The position numbers and the translations under genes are program-made. DNA of 13,400 nucleotides from a virus, in the UHGV virus genome UHGV-0365817; one strand, written 5' to 3'. Numbering within the stretch: the first letter of the stretch is position 1; every line of letters begins with the position of its first letter. Below the pieces are notes generated by a model, which was given only the letters and a program-made list of their open reading frames with translations, was not told the origin of the DNA and searched no databases. Shown here in pieces: positions 7,680-13,400 of the stretch.

Positions 7680-8003
7680 ATGGATGCACAAACACGCCGC
7701 CGCGAACGTCGCACAGAGAAACAGGCTCAATGGAAAGCAGCAAATCCCCTGTTGGTTGGGGTAAGCGCAAAACCAGTTAACCGCCCTATTCTCTCGCTGA
7801 ATCGCAAACCGAAATCACGAGTAGAAAGCGCACTGAATCCGATAGACCTTACGGTGCTGGCTGAATACCACGAACAGATTGAAAGCAACCTGCAACGTAT
7901 TGAGCGCAAGAATCAGCGCACATGGTACAGCAAGCCTGGCGAACGCGGCATAACATGCAGAGGACGCCAGAAAATTAAGGGAAAATCGATTCCTCTTACC
8001 TAG
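7680..8003 (+). CDS. N: Antitermination protein N
   Basis: Translation from MDAQTRRRERRTEKQAQWKAANPLLVGVSAKPVNRPILSLNRKPKSRVESALNPIDL... matches lambda N, including the arginine-rich boxB-binding motif. The ATG at 7680 has an AGGAGA Shine-Dalgarno; the track ORF extends in-frame upstream to 7590. Confidence 0.9.
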   Translation: MDAQTRRRERRTEKQAQWKAANPLLVGVSAKPVNRPILSLNRKPKSRVESALNPIDLTVLAEYHEQIESNLQRIERKNQRTWYSKPGERGITCRGRQKIKGKSIPLT

Positions 8004-8555
8004 TTACTTAGATATTGGCCTTGGCTTTATCTCAATATTATATGGATCATAGCTGGCAACTAATTCAGTCCAGTAAATATCCTCAATAGGGAATAATATA
8101 TGCTTCCCGTTCCATCGGGAAAAAGTTTTGTTCAACACACCAAGCTCAATCAACTCACTAATGTATGGGAATTGTTTTGATGTAACCACATACTTCCTGC
8201 CTTCATTAAGGGCTGCGCACAAAACCATAGATTGCTCTTCTGTAAGGTTTTGAATTACCGATCGCACTTTATCGTTTTGCATCTTAATGCGTTTTCTTAG
8301 CTTAAATCGCTTATATCTGGCGCTGGCAATAGCTGATAATCGATGCACATTAATTGCTAGCGAAAATGCAAGAGCAAAGACGAAAACATGCCACACATGA
8401 GGAATACCGATTCTCTCATTAACATATTCAGGCCAGTTATCTGGGCTTAAAAGCAGAAGTCCAACCCAGATAACGATCATATACATGGTTCTCTCCAGAG
8501 GTTCATTACTGAACACTCGTCCGAGAATAACGAGTGGATCCATTTCTATACTCAT
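8004..8555 (-). CDS. sieB: Superinfection exclusion protein B (SieB-like membrane protein)
   Basis: ORF convergent with N and abutting its stop, the position and size I recall for lambda sieB. Hydrophobic N-terminal segments (IVIWVGLLLLSP, VFVFALAFSLAINV) fit a membrane protein. The track start at 8558 is TTG; an ATG follows at 8555. Confidence 0.7.
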   Translation of the reverse strand: MSIEMDPLVILGRVFSNEPLERTMYMIVIWVGLLLLSPDNWPEYVNERIGIPHVWHVFVFALAFSLAINVHRLSAIASARYKRFKLRKRIKMQNDKVRSVIQNLTEEQSMVLCAALNEGRKYVVTSKQFPYISELIELGVLNKTFSRWNGKHILFPIEDIYWTELVASYDPYNIEIKPRPISK

Positions 8556-8682
8556 CAAACTGTAGGGGTTGTAATAGTTTATCCGATTTCTCGCTGTAGG
8601 GGTACACGAGAACCACCGAGCCTGATGTGGTTAAAAGACAGGCACAATCTTTACTACCGCAATCCACTATTTAAGGTGATAT

Positions 8683-8769
8683 ATGGAAGAAGAATTTGAA
8701 GAGTTCGAAGAGCATCCGCAGGATGTAATGGAACAGTACCAGGACTATCCGTATGACTACGACTATTGA
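8683..8769 (+). CDS. Small acidic ORF (28 aa), orf28-like
   Basis: ATG at 8683 preceded by AAGGTGAT; translation MEEEFEEFEEHPQDVMEQYQDYPYDYDY. It overlaps the ral start and sits where lambda has a small ORF upstream of ral. Confidence 0.45.
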   Translation: MEEEFEEFEEHPQDVMEQYQDYPYDYDY

Positions 8770-8953
8770 TAAGAATCAATGGTGTGGACAATTCAAGCGA
8801 TGCAATGGATGCAAGCTGCAATCGGAATGCATGGTTAAGCCTGAAGAAATGTTTCCTGTAATGGAAGATGGGAAATATGTCGATAAATGGGCAATACGAA
8901 CGACGGCAATGATTGCCAGAGAACTTGGTAAACAGAACAACAAAGCTGCCTGA
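8753..8953 (+). CDS. ral: Restriction alleviation protein Ral
   Basis: 66-aa ORF (MTTTIDKNQWCGQFKRCNGCKLQSECMVKPEEMFPVMEDGKYVDKWAIRTTAMIARELGKQNNKAA) recognised as lambda Ral. Confidence 0.9.
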   Translation: MTTTIDKNQWCGQFKRCNGCKLQSECMVKPEEMFPVMEDGKYVDKWAIRTTAMIARELGKQNNKAA

Positions 8954-9089
8954 TAGTGGCCTTTATTTTTGGCATAAATAACAGAATAAACACTGCACTG
9001 TGTATTCATTCCAACGAGTGAATACACGGAGCAATGTCGCTCGTAACTAAACAGGAGCCGACTTGTTCTGATTATTGGAAATCTTCTTT

Positions 9090-9116
9090 GCCCTCCAGTG
9101 TGAGGGCGATTTTTTA
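9090..9116 (+). terminator. Rho-independent terminator-like hairpin between ral and ea10
   Basis: gccctc / gagggc 6-bp stem (9090..9095 and 9102..9107) with a 6-nt loop, followed by GATTTTTTAT. It lies in the pL operon, where the N-suppressed tL2-type terminators are expected. Confidence 0.5.
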
Positions 9117-9135
9117 TCTATGAGGATATGAATAG

Positions 9136-9504
9136 ATGTCAAACATCAAAAAATACATCATTGATTACGACTGGAAAGCATCAATAGAAATTGAAATCGA
9201 TCATGACGTAATGACAGAGGAAAAACTTCACCAGATTAATAATTTCTGGTCAGACTCTGAATACCGACTCAATAAACACGGCTCTGTATTAAATGCTGTA
9301 TTAATCATGCTGGCGCAACATGCTCTGCTTATAGCAATTTCAAGCGACTTAAATGCATATGGTGTTGTGTGTGAGTTCGACTGGAATGATGGAAATGGTC
9401 AGGAAGGATGGCCTCCAATGGATGGTAGCGAAGGAATAAGAATTACCGATATCGATACATCAGGAATATTTGATCCAGATGATATGACTATCAAAGCCGC
9501 CTGA
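9136..9504 (+). CDS. ea10: Ea10 protein (early-left ORF)
   Basis: 122-aa ORF (MSNIKKYIIDYDWKASIEIEIDHDVMTEEKLHQINNFWSDSEYRLNKHGSVLNAVLIMLAQ...) recognised as lambda Ea10. Confidence 0.85.
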   Translation: MSNIKKYIIDYDWKASIEIEIDHDVMTEEKLHQINNFWSDSEYRLNKHGSVLNAVLIMLAQHALLIAISSDLNAYGVVCEFDWNDGNGQEGWPPMDGSEGIRITDIDTSGIFDPDDMTIKAA

Positions 9505-9576
9505 GCGCGGCGTTACCGCATACCAATAACGCTTCACTCGAGGCGTTTTTCGTTATGTATAAATAAGGAGCACACC

Positions 9577-9741
9577 ATGCAATATGCCATTGCAGGGTGG
9601 CCTGTTGCTGGCTGCCCTTCCGAATCTTTACTTGAACGAATCACCCGTAAATTACGTGACGGATGGAAACGCCTTATCGACATACTTAATCAGCCAGGAG
9701 TCCCAAAAAATGGATCAAACACTTATGGCTATCCAGACTAA
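9577..9741 (+). CDS. cIII: CIII protein (FtsH inhibitor that stabilises CII)
   Basis: 54-codon ORF absent from the track (under 60 aa): ATG at 9577 preceded by AAGGAG; translation [54 protein letters not shown] matches lambda CIII. Confidence 0.85.
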   Translation: MQYAIAGWPVAGCPSESLLERITRKLRDGWKRLIDILNQPGVPKNGSNTYGYPD

Positions 9742-9874
9742 ATTCACTATCGCCACTTTTATTGGCGATGAAAAGATGTTTCGTGAGGCCGTCGACGCTT
9801 ATAAAAAATGGATATTAATACTGAAACTGAGATCAAGCAAAAGCATTCACTACCCCCCTTCCCTGTTTTCCTAA
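9710..9874 (+). CDS. kil: Kil protein (host cell-division inhibitor)
   Basis: [47 protein letters not shown]... begins inside the end of cIII and overlaps the gam start, as in lambda. Here the frame runs 7 codons longer than the lambda Kil I recall. Confidence 0.7.
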   Translation: MDQTLMAIQTKFTIATFIGDEKMFREAVDAYKKWILILKLRSSKSIHYPPSLFS

Positions 9875-10224
9875 TCAGCCCGGCATTTCGCGGACGATAT
9901 TTTCACAGCTATTTCAGGAGTTCAGCCATGAACGCTTATTACATTCAGGATCGTCTTGAGGCTCAGAGCTGGGCGCGTCACTACCAGCAGATCGCCCGTG
10001 AAGAGAAAGAGGCAGAACTGGCAGACGACATGGAAAAAGGCCTGCCCCAGCACCTGTTTGAATCGCTATGCATCGATCATTTGCAACGCCACGGGGCCAG
10101 CAAAAAAGCCATTACCCGTGCGTTTGATGACGATGTTGAGTTTCAGGAGCGCATGGCAGAACACATCCGGTACATGGTTGAAACCATTGCTCACCACCAG
10201 GTTGATATTGATTCAGAGGTATAA
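9808..10224 (+). CDS. gam: Gam protein (RecBCD inhibitor)
   Basis: 138-aa ORF ([61 protein letters not shown]...) recognised as lambda Gam. Confidence 0.9.
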   Translation: MDINTETEIKQKHSLPPFPVFLISPAFRGRYFHSYFRSSAMNAYYIQDRLEAQSWARHYQQIAREEKEAELADDMEKGLPQHLFESLCIDHLQRHGASKKAITRAFDDDVEFQERMAEHIRYMVETIAHHQVDIDSEV

Positions 10225-10229
10225 AACGG

Positions 10230-11015
10230 ATGAGTACAGCACTCGCAACGCTGGCTGGGAAGCTGGCTGAACGTGTCGGCATGGATTCTGTCGACCCACA
10301 GGAACTGATCACCACTCTTCGCCAGACGGCATTTAAAGGTGATGCCAGCGATGCGCAGTTCATCGCATTGCTGATCGTCGCCAACCAGTACGGCCTTAAT
10401 CCGTGGACGAAAGAAATTTACGCCTTCCCTGATAAGCAGAACGGCATTGTTCCGGTGGTGGGCGTTGATGGCTGGTCCCGCATCATCAATGAAAACCAGC
10501 AGTTTGATGGCATGGACTTTGAGCAGGACAATGAATCCTGTACATGCCGGATTTACCGCAAGGACCGTAATCATCCGATCTGCGTTACCGAATGGATGGA
10601 TGAATGCCGCCGCGAACCATTCAAAACCCGCGAAGGCAGAGAAATCACGGGGCCGTGGCAGTCGCATCCCAAACGGATGTTACGGCATAAAGCCATGATT
10701 CAGTGTGCCCGTCTGGCCTTCGGATTTGCTGGTATCTATGACAAGGATGAAGCCGAGCGCATTGTCGAAAATACTGCATACACTGCAGAACGTCAGCCGG
10801 AACGCGACATCACTCCGGTTAACGATGAAACCATGCAGGAGATTAACACTCTGCTGATCGCCCTGGATAAAACATGGGATGACGACTTATTGCCGCTCTG
10901 TTCCCAGATATTTCGCCGCGACATTCGCGCATCGTCAGAACTGACACAGGCCGAAGCAGTGAAAGCTCTTGGATTCCTTAAACAGAAAGCCACTGAGCAG
11001 AAGGTGGCAGCATGA
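10230..11015 (+). CDS. bet: Bet (Red-beta single-strand annealing protein)
   Basis: 261-aa ORF ([66 protein letters not shown]...) recognised as lambda Bet. Confidence 0.95.
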   Translation: MSTALATLAGKLAERVGMDSVDPQELITTLRQTAFKGDASDAQFIALLIVANQYGLNPWTKEIYAFPDKQNGIVPVVGVDGWSRIINENQQFDGMDFEQDNESCTCRIYRKDRNHPICVTEWMDECRREPFKTREGREITGPWQSHPKRMLRHKAMIQCARLAFGFAGIYDKDEAERIVENTAYTAERQPERDITPVNDETMQEINTLLIALDKTWDDDLLPLCSQIFRRDIRASSELTQAEAVKALGFLKQKATEQKVAA

Positions 11016-11692
11016 TACCGGACATTATCCTGCAGCGTACCGGGATCGACGTGAGAGCTGTCGAACAGGGGGATGATGCATGGCACAAATTACGGCTCGG
11101 CGTCATCACCGCTTCAGAAGTTCACAACGTGATAGCAAAGCCCCGCTCAGGAAAGAAGTGGCCTGACATGAAAATGTCCTACTTCCACACCCTGCTTGCC
11201 GAGGTTTGCACCGGTGTGGCTCCGGAAGTTAACGCTAAGGCGCTGGCCTGGGGAAAACAGTACGAGAACGACGCCAGAGCCCTCTTTGAGTTCACTTCCG
11301 GCGTGAATGTTACTGAATCCCCGATCATCTATCGCGACGAAAGTATGCGCACCGCCTGCTCTCCCGATGGTTTATGCAGTGACGGCAACGGCCTTGAACT
11401 GAAATGCCCGTTTACCTCCCGGGATTTCATGAAGTTCCGGCTCGGTGGTTTCGAGGCCATAAAGTCGGCTTACATGGCCCAGGTGCAGTACAGCATGTGG
11501 GTGACGCGAAAAGATGCCTGGTACTTTGCCAACTATGACCCACGAATGAAGCGTGAAGGCCTGCATTATGTCGTGGTTGAGCGGGATGAAAATTACATGG
11601 CGAGTTTTGACGAGATGGTGCCGGAGTTCATCGAAAAAATGGACGAGGCACTGGCTGAAATTGGTTTTGTATTTGGGGAGCAATGGCGATGA
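11012..11692 (+). CDS. exo: Exo (lambda exonuclease, Red-alpha)
   Basis: 226-aa ORF ([65 protein letters not shown]...) recognised as lambda Exo. Its start overlaps the bet stop. Confidence 0.95.
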   Translation: MIPDIILQRTGIDVRAVEQGDDAWHKLRLGVITASEVHNVIAKPRSGKKWPDMKMSYFHTLLAEVCTGVAPEVNAKALAWGKQYENDARALFEFTSGVNVTESPIIYRDESMRTACSPDGLCSDGNGLELKCPFTSRDFMKFRLGGFEAIKSAYMAQVQYSMWVTRKDAWYFANYDPRMKREGLHYVVVERDENYMASFDEMVPEFIEKMDEALAEIGFVFGEQWR

Positions 11693-11871
11693 AGCATCCT
11701 CGCGATAATATCCGGGTAGGCGCGATCACTTTCGTCTACTCCGTTACAAAGCGAGGCTGGGTATTTCCCGGCCTTTCTGTTACCCGAAATCCCCTGAAAG
11801 CACAGCGGCTGGCTGAGGAGATAAATAATAAACGGGGAGCTGTATGCACAAAGCATCTCCTGTTGAGTTAA
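11689..11871 (+). CDS. Small early-left protein, orf60a-like
   Basis: [60 protein letters not shown]; position and sequence match lambda orf60a as recalled. The track ORF begins two codons upstream, overlapping the exo stop. Confidence 0.7.
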   Translation: MKHPRDNIRVGAITFVYSVTKRGWVFPGLSVTRNPLKAQRLAEEINNKRGAVCTKHLLLS

Positions 11872-12035
11872 GAACGAGCATTGAGATGGCACATAGCCTC
11901 GCTCAAATTGGAGTCAGGTTTGTGCCAATACCAGTAGAAACAGACGAAGAATTTCACACGTTAGCCGCATCCCTTTCACAAAAGCTGGAAATGATGGTGG
12001 CGAAAGCAGAAGCAGATGAGAGAGACCAGGTATGA
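11844..12035 (+). CDS. Small early-left protein, orf63-like
   Basis: 63-aa ORF ([63 protein letters not shown]) in the position of lambda orf63. Confidence 0.7.
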   Translation: MHKASPVELRTSIEMAHSLAQIGVRFVPIPVETDEEFHTLAASLSQKLEMMVAKAEADERDQV

Positions 12036-12115
12036 CAACCACTGAATGCATTTTTCTGGCAGCGGGCTTCATATTCTGTGTGCTTATGCTTGCCGACATG
12101 GGACTTGTTCAATGA
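12032..12115 (+). CDS. Candidate 27-aa hydrophobic micro-protein, translationally coupled on both sides
   Basis: ATG at 12032 overlaps the orf63 stop (ATGA) and its TGA overlaps the next ATG at 12112 (ATGA). Translation MTTTECIFLAAGFIFCVLMLADMGLVQ is consistent with a single transmembrane helix. Confidence 0.35.
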   Translation: MTTTECIFLAAGFIFCVLMLADMGLVQ

Positions 12116-12327
12116 CACCTCAGCAGGAAAACGCCCTTCGCAGCATTGCCCGTCAGGCTAATTCTGAAATCAAAAAAGCCAGACAGCAGTTTCCGGATAA
12201 AAACGTCGATGACATTTGCCGTAGCGTACTGAAGAAGCACCGCGAAACGGTAACGCTGATGGGATTCACACCGACTCATTTAAGCCTGGCAATCGGCATG
12301 TTAAACGGCGTCTTTAAGGAACGATGA
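12112..12327 (+). CDS. Small early-left protein (71 aa), orf61-like
   Basis: Internal Met of track ORF 12046..12327: MTPQQENALRSIARQANSEIKKARQQFPDKNVDDICRSVLKKHRETVTLMGFTPTHLSLAIGMLNGVFKER. No domain recognised. Confidence 0.6.
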   Translation: MTPQQENALRSIARQANSEIKKARQQFPDKNVDDICRSVLKKHRETVTLMGFTPTHLSLAIGMLNGVFKER

Positions 12328-12425
12328 ACATGAAAAGCAAAATCATCAGGGAGCTACAGGCTCCTTTTTTATTATTCGCATTCACCCTCAAGCGTATTAA
12401 CCAACAATTCAGGGATTAATGGAAG

Positions 12426-12647
12426 ATGGCAGACATCATTGATTCAGCATCAGAAATTGAAGAATTACAGCGCAACACAGCAATAAAAATGCGTCGTCTG
12501 AACTACCAGACTGTATCTGCCACTCATTGTTGTGAGTGTGGCGATCCGATAGATGAACGAAGACGCCTGGTCGTTCAGGGTTGTCGGACTTGTGCAAGTT
12601 GCCAGGAGGATCTGGAGCTTATCAGTAAACAGAGAGGTTCGAAGTGA
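12426..12647 (+). CDS. TraR/DksA-family C4 zinc-finger protein (lambda Orf73-like)
   Basis: 73-aa ORF with a CxxC...CxxC motif (HCCECGDPIDERRRLVVQGCRTCASCQ) and an acidic N-terminus, characteristic of phage TraR-like RNA-polymerase-binding proteins. Confidence 0.85.
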   Translation: MADIIDSASEIEELQRNTAIKMRRLNYQTVSATHCCECGDPIDERRRLVVQGCRTCASCQEDLELISKQRGSK

Positions 12648-12895
12648 GCGTAATTCACTCTCAGGCACTGCGTGAAGCGGCAGAGCAGGCAATGCCTGAC
12701 AACTGGGGATTTGACGCGGACCTTTTCCATGAGCTGGTAACACCATCGATTGTGCTGACACTGCTGGATGAACGGGAAAGAAACCAGCAATACATCAAAC
12801 GCCGCGACCAGGAGAACGAGGATATTGCGCTAACGGTGGGGAAACTGCGTGTTGAGCTGGAGACAGCAAAAATCAAAACTCAACGAGCAGCGTGA
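12644..12895 (+). CDS. ea22: Ea22-like protein, N-terminal portion, ending at an in-frame TGA
   Basis: GTG start at 12644 overlapping the TraR-like stop, with an AGAGAGG Shine-Dalgarno. Translation MSVIHSQALREAAEQAMPDNWGFDADLFHELVTPSIVLTLLDERERNQQYIKRRDQENEDIALTVGKLRVELETAKIKTQRAA resembles the lambda Ea22 N-terminus. The same frame stays open for 53 more codons after the TGA. Confidence 0.6.
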   Translation: MSVIHSQALREAAEQAMPDNWGFDADLFHELVTPSIVLTLLDERERNQQYIKRRDQENEDIALTVGKLRVELETAKIKTQRAA

Positions 12896-13183
12896 GTAGA
12901 AGGTGTTATCTCGGATGGAAGTAAGCGTATTGCTGAACTGGAGGCCTGGGTTGAATACACAAGAGCTGCATACGTAAGAGCAAAAGACAAGGGAGATTTG
13001 ATCAGAGTTATTACCCGCCAACCAACGGGATTTTACGCTTACGTACCATGTAATTAGGAATCCTTGAAGTGGCAGCCTAACTGCGGATACACTGAAATGG
13101 CGATTTGGTAACATGTTTCGCACAAGGCTGTTACTACACTTAGAGATAATCAGCCATGATTAAACGCTTTGTAAAAAGTAAAA

Positions 13184-13255
13184 GGAAATTACAATGAAAA
13201 AATCAATACTAATTTTAGGGCTTACGTTAATTGTCTCATCTCAAATACCATCGGC
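13184..13255 (+). pseudogene. Signal-peptide-like ORF truncated by IS1 insertion
   Basis: ATG at 13184 with an AAGGAAA Shine-Dalgarno; translation MKKSILILGLTLIVSSQIPSAMG has a signal-peptide-like N-terminus. The last codons and the stop are supplied by the IS1 terminal repeat, which begins at 13251. Confidence 0.4.
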
Positions 13256-13400
13256 AATGGGGTAATGACTCCAACTTATTGATAGTGTTTTATGTTCAGA
13301 TAATGCCCGATGACTTTGTCATGCAGCTCCACCGATTTTGAGAACGACAGCGACTTCCGTCCCAGCCGTGCCAGGTGCTGCCTCAGATTCAGGTTATGCC
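13251..13400 (-). mobile_element. IS1: IS1 insertion sequence, partial: right terminal inverted repeat and 3' end of insB, continuing beyond the window
   Basis: GGTAATGACTCCAACTTATTGATAGTG at 13251 onward is the IS1 terminal inverted repeat as I know it. The minus-strand reading frame ending at 13276 encodes the InsB C-terminus (...[40 protein letters not shown]). Confidence 0.9.
13276..13400 (-). CDS. insB: IS1 transposase InsB, C-terminal fragment (partial at window edge)
   Basis: Minus-strand frame open from the window edge to the stop at 13276..13278; its translation matches the InsB C-terminus. Confidence 0.85.

Noticed and set aside
9584-9709. Upstream extension of the kil frame (track ORF starts at 9584)
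   Set aside because: This part overlaps cIII in another frame. Kil homology starts at MDQTL (9710).
10112-10667. Minus-strand ORFs of 90 and 158 aa
   Set aside because: Antisense to gam and bet, which are unambiguous; shadow ORFs in GC-balanced coding sequence.
12830-13123. 97-aa minus-strand ORF
   Set aside because: Antisense to the ea22-like region, Cys/Ser-rich with low complexity, no ribosome-binding site.

Overview
This window is a lambda-like (lambdoid) prophage segment, read in the opposite orientation to the conventional lambda map. From left to right it carries: a late-control and nin module on the minus strand (Q antiterminator of the phage-82/DLP12 type, RusA, NinE, a phage Dam methyltransferase, NinB), the replication module (ren, P, O with ori iterons inside O), cII, cro, the OR operators, a lambda-type cI repressor on the plus strand, then OL/pL, nutL, N, sieB, ral, ea10, cIII, kil, gam, bet, exo and small early-left ORFs including a TraR-like zinc-finger protein, and finally the terminal inverted repeat and InsB C-terminus of an IS1 element running off the right edge. 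Gene identities come from recognising the translated ORFs and operator/nut/terminator sequences by memory of lambda; nothing was searched against a database. The main point of interest is the slot between cI and pL, where lambda carries the rexA-rexB exclusion genes: here it holds a single unrelated 301-aa ORF (6342..7247) with two dyad-symmetric sites upstream and its own terminator. I consider this the best candidate for an accessory phage-exclusion or abortive-infection gene, possibly BstA-like, but that assignment is inference from position and a weak N-terminal resemblance to KilA-N/Bro-N DNA-binding domains. Secondary observations are the IS1 insertion truncating a signal-peptide ORF, an in-frame TGA interrupting the ea22-like gene, a mosaic nin region with an orphan Dam methylase, and several small translationally coupled ORFs.
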